Source: Octopus sinensis (lineage: Eukaryota). From it: a stretch of 64,000 nt of DNA. The stretch is from NCBI RefSeq assembly GCF_006345805.1, contig NC_043001.1, forward strand, positions 70,494,001-70,558,000, read 5' to 3'. The notes under the pieces were generated by a model. That model had not been told where the DNA came from. It worked only from the letters and a program-made list of their open reading frames with translations, and made no database searches. How positions within the stretch are numbered: position 1 is the stretch's first letter; every line of letters starts with the position of its first letter. Of the stretch, positions 51,571 through 64,000 are shown in pieces. The translations under genes and the position numbers were made by a program.

Positions 51571-53013
51571 GTTATTGTTGTTGTTGTTATTATTATTATT
51601 ATCATCATCATCATCATCATCATCATCATTATTATCATTTATTTATTTATTTGTATTATATAAATAATGACAAAGGACAGAATTATTGGACAAAGAAATA
51701 TTAAGAGTCAGTGATTAATTCGGATTTTTTATCTAATAAACGAAAAATGTGAAGAGAGAAAGAATGAAAAAATACAAAGCACCCATACATTTCGTTAAAT
51801 GAGCTAGCCATCTAAAGAAGATTTCGTTATCTGTTTTAGTTGTACGAATGCAATATGTCACTTAGTACTATGCAGGCTGACTTCTATGAAGGGAGACAAT
51901 GATGACTAGATTTGAAACCCAGCTATTTTAGGCTGAGAACAGACCATCACTCAGAGCATTACCATTACATCAGAGAGTTAAAATAAAGTATTTTGACCAT
52001 ATATGCTTGCCAATAGTAAATGTTATAAACTCATGATATGAATATGCAAATATTGGTGTTTTTTTAAGAGAAATACTTCGAATTAAGCAAAGTGTTCTCT
52101 CACCGATACTACTAAGTATATGTCTATATAACGAAGGAAACCCTTGAATAGTTGAAATGAAATGTTGAAGTAGGTTTGCGAAATACTAGAACACAATGAA
52201 AGAGAATTTATATATTTAACAACGCGTTTTCCGACAAGAGTTTATGGGAATGGAATTAAATGTTGTAGAAAGTAAAATACTGATGACTAGTAAAAGAAGA
52301 AAAAAGCAAATAGACACAGTAATTGAAAATAGCTCATAAAACAGTCAAACAAATTAATGAATTTAAATATTAGGAAAGGATAATGGCTGAAGATTTAAGA
52401 TCATAGAATGAATTAAATTGTCGCATTGCAGTTGTTATAGCAGTTTTAGAAAAATTAAAGTCTGTTTGAAAAAAAAAATTAATAAAGAAATCACCAGATT
52501 TTTTGAAGTACATTTTATGGATGCGTATCATGGATGTTAGATAATAAAAATTAGGGAAATAAAAACTTATGGCCTTTGAAAGGAAATTTTTGAAGTGGTG
52601 TTTCACGTTCTATATACGGAACCACGAACAAACGAAAAAATTTTCCGAAAACTGCGACCCACAAATTTCTGCTGTCAGTTTATAAAGTTAAAAATTAAGC
52701 GAGTTGATCAGTAAATTTTGATGGATTGAATGCACAGGTAATAAGAAATAAAGGGGAAATCATATGTAATAATAATAAAGAGGGGGGGACAAAGAATGAC
52801 AGAGAGAAAGAAAGGAAGGAAGATGGATATAAAAAGCAGAGAGCGAGGAAGATACAGAGATATTTTGACAATGGGAAGGACCTCATAGAAGAGCGAATCT
52901 AAATAGTAACGGATTGCGCATATATATCTGTTAATGGAAGGTGACCGACGGGCAGTGTCGATAGAGCATCGGGAAAATTCTATTCCATCTTTGCAGTTCT
53001 CTCTCTCTCTCTA

Positions 53014-53068
<55 letters not shown>

Positions 53069-54094
53069 ATTTCACTCTTAAATCTGCTCTTCCAACTCTA
53101 CACTTAACTGCTTAAAATTTTATCCAATTTGTCCGATACACCTCACTTCAAATACCGCATTTGTCAACTTTCGCTCTTCGTCATTTCGGGGTCATTAAAT
53201 AAATATTAATCTTGCCCTGGGGCCAACTCTTCCCATTCTGTCTTTTGAGAAGTAACAAGTTGTGGCAAGATCTGAAGAAATGTTCTAAATATACCCCCAA
53301 ACACACCGTATAAAGTTTACATTGTAGATGTACGGATCATGTTGTGGGTGTACGAGGTCACAATGTCGATTTAGATATTACGCAGAAGATTAAGTATTGT
53401 ATTAGTGACGTATGACATATTGTTTATGACATAAACATATTGTTTATAGGCGTCAAAAGAAGTGTATAGAGGGATACACCTCTTTTGAAAGGACACAAAA
53501 ATGAGAAAGAGGTTCTGAAGCATAAAACATAAGATAAGCCTTCTACGCGAGAAAAAAGGTAAATATGTTCATGTGTATGTATATATGAGGAAGTGTGTAA
53601 GAGAAGAGATGATGAAATGTGTAAGAGTTAAGTGTACAGTTGGAAGAGTAGATAACAGTGGAATGTAAAGTGAGAGGGAGAGAAGGAGAAAGGGACAGAA
53701 AACTGTAAAGGTGCAATAGAATTGGAGAAATGGAAAGAGAGAGGCAGTGAGAGGGAGAAGGTAGAAAATACATTTATAAAATAGAGAGAAGCTGGAGTGT
53801 GATGGAGACGGTGTGAGAAGAAGAATATATAAGGAAACTTTTTATAAAGGATGGAATTGTAATAGCGTGTATAAATATGTTTTATAAGTGATTAGAATAT
53901 AATGTTTTTGCAAAATAGTGTTTACAATATATTATGGTATAACAAATAAATAATAGTAATATTTATAGTTATATAATGAAGAATGAAAGGGTTTATAATG
54001 AATTATTGTAATATATAATGATAGATTGTGATAATGTTAAGAATATATTTCATATAATATATATTTTTGAAGTGTGATAGTGTTTTTGTCATTG

Positions 54095-57000
54095 GAATCA
54101 CTTGAAACTGCATCGGTTAAGGAAAGCCTGGTTCGGGAATTCCCAAATATTGAGGAGTGTGGAACCACCTCTTATGCAAGGACATTCATACGCAAAATAA
54201 TTGCTCCACGTACTCCATTCTGTTCTGGAAGAACAGAATGGAATAAGTGAAGCAAGAACACACGAAATGTGTTGCTGAAGAGGCCACAGATGTGTTACAA
54301 AAGATTTCCGGACAATGAACATGAGTTAAAACAATAAAATAAGAACAGTAATGAAAGAATGAAGAAAAAATAGAAAACATATATGGTGCATGTGTTTATT
54401 TGACAAGAAGAAAATGACCATTCACAGAGTACGACAATATCTGTTTGAACACAGGATTTCAAGTCAGGTATCTTGCAAAACGAATTAATAAACATTTAAT
54501 CCCAGTTGTTTTTCCAGAGGAAATGGACTACCGCACAAAAACGGAGGTAAAAATTGCAATAAAACAAAGTCCAACACCCGTATTTAAGCCAAAACGGAAT
54601 GTATCTTTCGCGACAATAGAAGGAACTTGTAAGACTTGAAAACCTAGGAATAATCGAGAAGACGGCCCAGTCAGACTGGGCAGCATCTAAGGTCTACGTA
54701 AAAAGGAAAAATAATAAGTTAAGATTTTGTGCAGATTTTTCAACGGGGTTAAATGATTGCTTAATCTCACATAACTACCCATTGCCTAGTCCTGAGGAAG
54801 TGTTTGCACAATTGAATGAAGGAAAGGTATTCCCAAAATTAGACCTCAGGGAGGCACATCTACAAATCTAAGTAGAAGAAGAAAGCTCACACATATTAAC
54901 TATTAATACACACCGTGGTTTATTTGAATTTAAGCAGCTTTCCTTCGGTGTAAAAGTGGCTAATTCCATATTTCAACAACTAATGGAAACAATGCTGGGT
55001 GATTGTGATATTGCTATCGCCTATTTAAACGATACCCTTATAAAAAGCGAACCACATGAACAACATTTAGAAAACGTTGAAAGGGTATTCGAAAAAAATT
55101 AGAGAATACGGCTTCAAATTAACGAGTACTTTCTGAAAATATTGAATACTTGGGCCAGATAGTAGATAAAAACATACGGAAACCGGATCCACCCACAGCA
55201 ACAGCGATAACAAATATGTCCATGCCGAATAATGAAACCGTTCTACAAGCATGCTTTGGTTTAGTAAATTACTATCAAATTTAGATTCCCAATATGCATA
55301 ATGTAAGAGCCCGCTCACTTGTCTATTAAAGAAAAATACAAAATGGTGCTGGACTGATAAGTGCCAGAAGGCATTTGACAGCTTAAAATATTTTAACATC
55401 GGACTTATCGTTAACGCATTTTCATCTAAAGTTGGATAGCATCTTGGCTACAGATGCGAGTGATTACGGTGTAGGAGCCACGCTTCTTCACAAATATGAC
55501 GATGGTAGTAAAAGGTCTATAGCCCATGCGTCACGATCGTTATTACCAGCAGAAAGGAACTATAGCCAGATAGAAAATAAAGTGTTAGCAATCATAGTCG
55601 GTGTGAAAAAATTCCTTAGATTTATTTATGCAAGCAATTTCTCTCTTACAAACCGATCATCGCCCAATACTGTCAATATACGGTTCTAAAAAGGGAAAAC
55701 CAACACACACAGTGAATAGACTGCAGCGATGGGGCACAACATTATTATATTATCATTACAAAATGGAATATTTGCGGTCAAAAAAAAAACTAGAGCATGC
55801 TGATCGTTTGCCTAGACTGATGCTGAAACATTGCAAGCCATTCAAAGATACGGTAATCGCAGGTTTAAAACCCAGAAGGAGAAATAAAAATGTAATATGG
55901 AATGTGGTACGCGAATTACCGATAACCCTAGAAGACACAAAAAGAAATGCGGTAAAGGACGAATTCATTACAGATATGAAAAGAATATTGTGGTCAGGAA
56001 AAGTAAATAGGAACAGGATAGGTGCGAAACGAAATCAAGATGTGAACCTATACTCAATTTGTCATGGCGTACTGACGGATGCATAGAGAGTAGTAATACC
56101 TAAAACATTGCAAAAGAAAATATTGAGGGAATTTCATGATGGACATCCTAGTATTTCAAGGATGAAAATTTTGCGAAAGGCTGTTGAGGATGTGATCTAG
56201 CGACAAAATTGCTGACGATAAAATGTGAACATTAGCAAAAGTAATGTTTCGTGGTCGAGACTACACACCGATTTCGCTAGTCCCTTAAACAGTTCATACT
56301 ACTTAGTAGTAGTCGATATTTGTAAGTGTAAAAAGTGAACCTCCTTAATTGCGACAATTTTTTTATACCAGCTGTTTGCGAAATTTGGCATCACAGATGT
56401 GATAGTGTCTGAAAATGGAACGCAATTTGTATCTTTGGAATTTAAAAAGTTTTGTGAAACGGTCGCTCTAGAACATGTAATTACGGCGCCATACAATCCT
56501 AGATCTAACGGACAAGCAGAATGCTTTGTCGATATGTTCAGGAGACCCCTAAGAATGTCAAATAAGGAAGTCACGGATGAGGTAACTCTACAACAATTCT
56601 TAAGAGTCACCATGTGTCACCAAATCCAAATACACTAGCAGGTATATACGAAGAAAATGAAATCAGTCTTCGACAAATTGCTATGTGGCGAGAAAAGAAA
56701 GATGGCAATGAAAAATGTAGCAAGATATTTCAAAATCAGGGAAAAAGTATTTGTTATGGAATATAAGTACAGAAAACAAAGTTGGGAAGATGGCGTGATT
56801 ACCAAACGCATTGGGAAAATGCTATACTTGGTAAAAGGAAGAAAAAAGGTATACAAGAGACGCGTGAATCAACTAAGAAAAGATTCGTTGAGAACGAGCC
56901 CAAGAGAATGGAAGAAACAACGGAATAGTTATATGAAACTTTTCAAGTACCAACGCCACTACAAGTAATTAAACCCAGATGCACAAGCGTAAGAAAAATG

Positions 57001-57099
57001 AAACTGTACAGAGTTCCTGGGAGAGGATGCCAAAGGAATAATATTAAATGTGTAAATGTATGAAAAAAAGGAAAAAACAGAAAAAGGAAGGTGGGGAGA
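54095..57099 (+). mobile_element. Decayed Ty3/gypsy LTR retrotransposon internal region (gag knuckle, PR, RT, RNase H, integrase)
   Basis: WAA..VYVKRKN.KLRFCADFSTGLN, YPLPSPEEVF, KLDL, YLND (from YLDD), TDASDYGVGA, ERNYSQIE, TDHRPI, WSRLHTDF, VIVSENGTQF and APYNPRSNGQAE: RT-RH-INT order. Purine tract AAAAAGGAAGGTGGGGAGA (57081-57099) precedes TG. No LTR pair identified. Confidence 0.93.
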
Positions 57100-57409
57100 T
57101 GTAAAAATTATTGCTATTAAAACGAATAAAATTACACTCCCTAAGAAAAACGAAAAGCTTTAAAGGGATGTTATTGGGATAATAATAATAGTGGTACACA
57201 CCTCCACGTGACGAGTGGTATGTGATAGTCATTATAAATAATGTCAATCAGGGTGAGTATGGGTAGAGAGTAGACGGTCATAGATAGTCGTGGTCTTTCT
57301 TGTCTGACTATCTATACTGCTATACCGAAGTGACGTAATAAAAGTCCGACGAAAGGATTGCAACGATGATAGAGTAATTTGCTTATAAATGAATTTTATA
57401 GAAACTAGT

Positions 57410-57600
57410 ATTTGATTTCAAATTTTGTCATATGACCAGTAATACCGGGAAGGGGGTAAGTCGATTATATCAACCGCAGTTATCCACAGGTACTTTTTTA
57501 CCGAGCCCTCGATGGATGATAGGCAAAGTCGACCTCGATGGAATTTGAAAAAAGAAGGTAAAACTTGGAGAAATGCTGCTAGGCATTGTGCCCACGATTC
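57410..57600 (-). mobile_element. SINE family B; further minus-strand copies at about 58430-58580 and 58630-58800, and a CORE-type SINE at about 57780-57960
   Basis: GGCAAAGTCGACCTCGATGGAATTTGAA is the reverse complement of the family B core. Confidence 0.75.
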
Positions 57601-58859
57601 TTTAAGGTCACCACCGTTAAAGAACCTAAATATTAACGGAATCTGTAACGATGGCCGTCACTCTCAAGCGTGTATGACCTTTTTAGATGTATCATTGTAA
57701 TATGTAATACCTATCATTGCTTTTCTTAATTATTTTAGGCACGTGTAGTCTGATCAGGTATGAACATCCACTTGGGTTTTTGTCTCTCTCTCTTTGATGC
57801 AATTGACATCGATTATATTGACAACGTGTGAGAGGAAGAGACAGCATTGCGCCAGTACTAGGGCAGATAATCGTTTTCAGCTGAGTAGACCAAAGCAACA
57901 CGAATTTAAGTATGTTGTTTAAGGACATGACGCACCAGCCCATCCAGGAATCGAACGACCAAATATATGATAGTAAGCTGAATCCCCTAACAACTAGGCC
58001 TCGCGATATTTTACTATGGCAGAGTTTGATAGTTGTTATAATAGTTTATTATGGAATATAATCAAAGAGTAGTATAGTATAGCCTATGTACAAAAGTACA
58101 ATAATCTTTAAGTATAATATCTGAATATAATTGTAAAGACTTGTACAATATGTGAGACAGAGTATAGAAGTCAGAACGAGTGGAAAAAGAGGGTCAACCA
58201 GAAAGAAGGAAAGGAATGAAAAGAAAAGAAGAAAATAAAAATGAAAGGAGGGACATAGATTAGAGAGGATTATATGGATTAAGGGCATAGAAAAATCATC
58301 ACATATTGTCATTTGCTCATGTCAAGTCATGAATAATGGAAGCGTGAATGACATGAAAATTGGATGCCATAAATAATGTTTTTAAAGTTTAGCACGTGGC
58401 AAGCAAGGTTATGGCAGGTGGTAAGCCGGTTACATGAACCCTGGTGCTCAACTGGTACTTATTTTATTGGCCTCGAAATACTGAAAATTAATGTTGACCT
58501 CGCATAAGTTGAACGCAAAACGTAATGAGTCAGTAGAAATACCGCAAAGCATTTATCTGACACTCTAAAAGTTCTGCCAGCTTCCAGCCTTGATGTCCTA
58601 AATAATCCTTTCTACAAAAGGCACAAGGCCTGAAATGTTGTGAGTGGGGGTTAACCGATTACATCGAGCCCAGTATATGACTAGTACTTATTTTATCGAT
58701 TCCAAAATAATGAAAGGCGAAGTCAAACTTAGCAGAATTTGAACTCAAAACATGAAGCTGGAATAAATGTTGATAAGCATTTTGTCTGGCATGTTAATAA
58801 TTCTGTTAGCCCGCCACCTTTCGATGCCCTAAATTATTGTATATATGTGTTAGGGATAG

Positions 58860-60130
58860 TTTACCCGGCTGTCATCAGAGTTTAGCGACAGGTTTTGATT
58901 CTGTCAGCGAATTTTCAAAGTAGTTTTTCTATTTCTGTAGATTTTCCTCTGAGTTTTTCAACGCTGCCCACTTTAATATCAACTGTGGCATATTTTGCAC
59001 CAATACAATATTGCAGATGTTAACGGAAGCGAGAATGGAGAAATGGATGGGTGACAAATCTTATGCGTGTGAAGTAGAATATGTATTTAATGGATCCTAT
59101 TATTTCAAAAGTGGCTTGTAGCATAAGGTAAATTTTCAGAATATAGTGCGGTGTTAGTTTCATACAATTGAGAATTTGATACAAATAACTTCCCGCTATC
59201 GATTCTGGCTGACCTCCATATAGTTGGCTTAGGATTTACTGATTGATACCTTGTGTTTTTCTGGAGCATTTACAATTATCTTATTACTACTGCTTTCAAC
59301 AGTTCCGAAAAACAAACCACTACATTATAGCATTTCACTGAATCTGTGCCGCACAAATTCAGTCTTTGGTATCCTCATAGGGAGAAAATAAAAACAGAAA
59401 TTTCAGTAAGTAATATCCTTTGTAATACCTTGAATTTTTGTATTGGTACTCTTGTCATATTCTTGGTCACTGAAATATTCCAAGAAAATACCATTTTTAT
59501 TCAATATTTCCTTTATCAGGTTTGCAATGTTAGAACCTGTTTCTCCCGGCAGACTTCAAAAAGTCAAAATCTCTCTGGAATTTACTTTGAAAGCAAGGTA
59601 TGATAAATATTGTCTGTTTGACATGTACGGAATCAGATATTGCATCAAATATTACTGAATAGTATTTTACCTTTGATCTTTCGGAGAATATGTGTTTCAA
59701 AACGTGATCGGAGCAAAGGGAAATAAATTTATTTTGTGATTCAGTTGACAAGTATATGTGCTTTCAGCTCTTCGCGTTTTTGCTGGTTTTATTTGACCTT
59801 CCTGACACAGGTTCAAATACAGATTTTAAGCTCATGGTTTTCTGGAAACTTGCAGATGTATATCGTTGCACATTGTAAATGATTCATTAACAACAATTTC
59901 TTTCCAAGGTTGCGACGTAAGGGTTCTGTTTCTAATTTGCTGTTCACGAGATTCTTCACGTTTTTACTGATAAAATATTCATTATTTGTTTCCAGAAAGG
60001 CTTGTCCATCTCTTTCTTTACTTTCAAGTTGCACTGACGTGAATTCAACTTAAAGTTTGATTCGAAATATTTGCACAAATTATAATCTATTTCGCAAAGT
60101 ATTGGGAGAACCGATAGAGCGTCAAATAAA
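58860..60130 (-). mobile_element. Decayed hAT-superfamily transposase (ZMYM1/DUF4371-like)
   Basis: YLSTESQNKFISLCSDHV...KYYSVIFDAISDSVHVKQT, then IANLIKEIL...QEYDKSTN (GQGYD..N-like), FFGTVE and SARID (WSAR-like). Confidence 0.8.
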
Positions 60131-61064
60131 ATGACTTGAGGTTATAGATATGATTCTCTGTGCTGTGTTCAAATCCTACTGAGGCCAGTACTCAAATCCT
60201 GCTGAGGTCTCTGTTCTAATCCTGATTTTCATCCTTCAAGAGCTGATAATTAAATTATCAGTCAGGGAATTGATGGAATTATTACAAGGTCGGACAAGAG
60301 GTTTTGCGGTATCTATTTTGGTTCTTTGCCTCTTACTTATCAGCAGAACTAATCTTGCCCATGAGAAGAACCAACTCAAAATACAATCAGCCAGTGGGAT
60401 ATGTAGGCCAACAGCCAGCTTAAGTAACCTAGCAACTGCATGCTATAGCTTTGCCCAAATGTGAAACGAAAACCGCTGAATTGGAATTGTATTTAGATCA
60501 GCAGTAAATATTAGGCTTTCTATGAAACTACCAATAGCAAATTAATGTCCTTTTGTGGATGCTGACTTTGTGTCTGCGTAACTAATTCGACGTGTGTAAG
60601 ACTAATGAGTGACTGCCGAATGAATGGAGTGTGTCTATGTGTTTGCGTAGTGTGTAGGTGTTTCTTTGTGCCTATATGTTTGTGTGGTATGTGTGTTTGT
60701 TTGTAAGTGAATATGCTTGTCTGTGTATGTATGTATGTATGTATGTATGTATGTATGTATGTATGTCTGTATGTATGTATGTATGTTTGTATGTATATAT
60801 GTATGTATGTATGTATGCATGTATGTATGTATATGCGTGCGTCTTCAGTGATGAAATAAAATAATCCATGCAGTACAAAGGAAAAGTATTGAAAGAATAG
60901 GGAAATTGGTCCGAAAGAAGCTGAAGGCGATGGAGTTGGGATGAACAAACGTGGGTACAACAACAGACTCATACGGGGGTGATAATGCACACCCCTGTAT
61001 ATGTGTCTGTATTTCCACGTTTCGATATATATATCTATATATATAGAAATATATACTAACACAT

Positions 61065-61430
61065 TCGTCTGTCTTTAAGTTCTGAGTTCAAATTCCGCCG
61101 ATGTCACTTTGCTTTTCATCCTTTCGGGGTCAATAAATTAAGTAACAGTTGCGTACTGGAGTCGATTTAATCGATTCCCCCTCTCCCAAAATTTCGGGCC
61201 TAGAAAAGAATATTATTATTATTGTTGTTGTTAAGGAGGGGAGCTGACAGAATCTGTACGAAATGCTTCGTCTGTTGGCACGTTCTTGGTTCAAATTCCG
61301 TCGAGGTCAAATTCGCCTTTCATCCTTTCGGGGGTCGATAAATTAAGTACCAGTTGTACACTAGGGTCGATATAATCGACTAACACCCCCCTCCCCTAAA
61401 AATTCCTGGTTTTTTACCAAAATTTGAAGC
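61065..61430 (+). mobile_element. Two tandem SINE family B copies separated by (TTA/TTG)n
   Basis: Core GAGTTCAAATTCCGCCGA...CATCCTTTCGGGGTC at about 61082 and 61290. Confidence 0.88.
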
Positions 61431-61979
61431 CAATATTATAATTTTTGTTGTTTAATCCTTCTTCTTGTTCTTGTTTTTTCTTCTACTTCTTCTTTTCTTC
61501 TTTTTCTTATCAGTATCATCATCATCATCATCCTTTCCTTGTTTCATTGTTCCAGATTTAAGAAATACAAGTTGTACACGATGTACTGTCTACATTTCTA
61601 GCTTTCGTTGGAGACCGCGACTATAAATACTTAATATTCTGTTTTGTGTAAAAGGTGCTGTCAATATGAAATCGAAATAAATGAATTGTTTCCATAATAA
61701 ATATTTAGTCAAGTTATAAATCGAGAATATCTATTCACATTCTGATTTCTGTATGACAGTTATCAATCCAGTGAATTAGATTAAATAATATGTCAAACAT
61801 TTATAGTATGTGAATTATATATTTCAGTTCTCTGAAGCTAATAGAGTTTATGTATAGATAAACGTATTGGCTACTTCTTTTACTGAAGTTGGCCAATTGA
61901 TGTAAAAACATTTGACGAGATACTTAGAAAAGTCGAAAATCAATTAAGGCAGCTCATCAGTCTTTATTTCTTTGTTCAG

Positions 61980-62078
61980 TCTACAGAGAAACTGACAAAT
62001 ACTACCGATTTCCTTCGTAATATAGGGTTAACGGCGACCGTCGGAGAAATAAGTGCCGCGAGCTGGAATGACGCTGCA
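61980..62078 (+). CDS. Candidate 99-nt internal host exon (STEKLTNTTDFLRNIGLTATVGEISAASWNDAA if phase 0); product unknown
   Basis: Polypyrimidine tract TCTTTATTTCTTTGTTCAG as acceptor, consensus donor GCA|GTAAGT, length divisible by 3, open frame, and non-repetitive GC-richer composition. Confidence 0.45.
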
Positions 62079-62379
62079 GTAAGTCCCGCTGACCATTCTC
62101 GGTGGCAAAGCCACCGCCGACATAAGCGCGGGGTGCGGCTGAGCACACCATTTGTTCTGGGATATATGGCCCATTGCCCACTCTCTTCCATCTTCCACTA
62201 TATTTCGCTCCTGTACCTTTTCTTTCTTTTCGTTTTTTTATCTTTTTTCTTTCCTGTTTCTTTGTATTTAAACATTCTAATAAAACCTCATTACTCCAAA
62301 GATATATAATCTTAAGTCACTAATATGCATCTCTATAATCAGCATGTAAGCTGAAAGAATACCGTCGTATACGTGTGTG

Positions 62380-63016
62380 TGCGTGTGAGTGTGTCTTTGT
62401 GTCTCCTGTTACCGCTTGTCAACTGGTGTTCCTGTGTTTATTTCCCAGCAAATTAGCGATTTGGTAAGAGAGTTCGATAGAATCAGTTCCATGCTTTAAA
62501 ACTAAGTACTGTGGTAGATTCATTCGGCTAAGACTTCTTCAAGGTGGTGCCCCAGCATGGCCGCAGTCTAATGACTGAAATAAGTAAATGATAAAAGATA
62601 TAAGCATATTTGGTAGAGTAAAAGCGCCATAGGAGACACAATTCTCGAACGTTAAAAGATAATTCAGTTAACGATAGCGTAACACTGTTGTGAGCAATAG
62701 TAACTCTTGGTTGAGTGGTCCACAGAAGTGAGATTTTACTCTTATACGTTAGTAAGCAACTCAGTCAACGTGATAAAAGTATTCATGGTACAATTGGTTG
62801 GACTTGACAAACGTGTTCTTTATTCTTTTATTCGCTTCAATCATTTGACTTCGGCCATGCTGGAGCACCACCTTTAGTCGAACAAATGGACCCCAGGACT
62901 TATTCTTTGTAAGCCTAGTACTTATATTACTGGTTCTTTTGCTGAACTGCGAAGTTACGGAGACGTAAACACACCAACATTGGTTGTCAAGTGATGATGG
63001 GGACAGAGAGTCACAA

Positions 63017-63095
<79 letters not shown>

Positions 63096-63490
63096 TATAT
63101 ATATATTATATATATATATATATGTATATATATATACGACAGGCTTCTTTCAGTTTTCATCTACCAAATTCACTCAGAAGGCTTTGGACGGCCCGAGGTT
63201 ACAGTAGAAGATACCTGCCCAAGGTGCCACGCAGAATCCCACCCATGGTGAAACCGGAACCATGTGATTGGTAAGCAATCTACTTGACACACAGTCATTA
63301 CTTGTATTACTCATTGGATTCCGGCCATGCTGGGGCACCACCTAGAAGGAGTTTAGTTAACCGAATTCACTCCAATACTATTTTCTCTTTTTAATCTGGT
63401 ACTTCATCTATCGAGGTTGTTTTGCCGAACCACTAAGTCACGGGAATAGAAACAAAGCAACACCGGTTGTCAAGCGGCGTCAGGTGCAAA
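62380..63490. mobile_element. Cluster of SINE family A copies: plus-strand tail 62380-62600, minus-strand full copy 62820-63295, minus-strand tail about 63320-63490
   Basis: GGTGGTGCCCCAGCATGGCCGCAGTC (+) and GGCCATGCTGGAGCACCACC (-). Confidence 0.85.
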
Positions 63491-63542
63491 AACAAATTCA
63501 GCGACACGTACATATACACACACACCTACATACACACGTGCA

Positions 63543-63586
<44 letters not shown>

Positions 63587-63588
<2 letters not shown>

Positions 63589-63717
63589 ATTAAGAGGTGA
63601 CTCCATGCTCCTTACAACTCTAGAACTGGAGATTCACTATCGGATGCAGTGTAATGTCATACCCAGGATATAACTGTGTGGAAGCCCCTCGTATATAATG
63701 ATTGATATATATATATA

Positions 63718-63767
<50 letters not shown>

Positions 63768-63784
63768 ATATATATATATCTATA

Positions 63785-63822
<38 letters not shown>

Positions 63823-63934
63823 TTATATACGAGGGGCTTCCACACAGTTACATCCTGGGTATGACATTACACTGCATCCGATAGTGAATCTCCAGTTCTA
63901 GAGTTGTAAGGAGCATGGAGTCACCCCTTAATTA
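63587..63934. mobile_element. Foldback element with 116-bp near-perfect TIRs and a (TA)n spacer
   Basis: 63587-63702 versus 63819-63934: two mismatches seen. Termini TAATTAAGAGGTGA...TCACCCCTTAATTA. Confidence 0.93.
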
Positions 63935-64000
63935 GATTTATTCTGACCCCTGACGGTAGTAATTTTCAGGGTCCTATCTATGGGGCAAATAGGTTTTTGT

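Noticed and set aside
53820-54090. C-poor, AT-rich stretch suggestive of a NUMT or 5' LTR
   Set aside because: The minus-strand frames I translated were interrupted by stops, and there is no match to the sequence after the gypsy polypurine tract.
57100-57370. Putative 3' LTR of the gypsy element (TG start, AATAAA at about 57337)
   Set aside because: No matching 5' copy is visible, so the LTR limits cannot be supported.

Overview
AT-rich, repeat-saturated eukaryotic (animal) genomic DNA. The SINE families, microsatellite load and TE mix are most consistent with an octopod cephalopod, which is inference only. No complete host gene is visible, and almost all ORFs in the supplied track are translations of microsatellites. 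The window holds about eight fragments of RLE-type (R4/Dong-like) LINEs, most abutting (TAA)n-type tracts; one is an open 5' end running off the left edge behind five 25-bp tandem units. It also holds four Penelope-like remnants, a Tx1/L1 APE fragment, three mariner elements (one near full length with both TIRs), a decayed Ty3/gypsy gag-pol, a hAT transposase remnant and many tRNA-derived SINEs of at least three families. The most notable observations are two foldback elements with shared TAATTAAGRG termini but unrelated arms, decayed minimal hammerhead-ribozyme motifs (one joined to an inverted tRNA-like head), and a 105-bp local inverted capture inside a foldback. An AP-1-motif minisatellite and a candidate 99-nt host exon (61980-62078) with a structured GC-rich flank are also worth checking. 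Decayed-element boundaries are approximate, and all family assignments come from motif recognition, not database searches.
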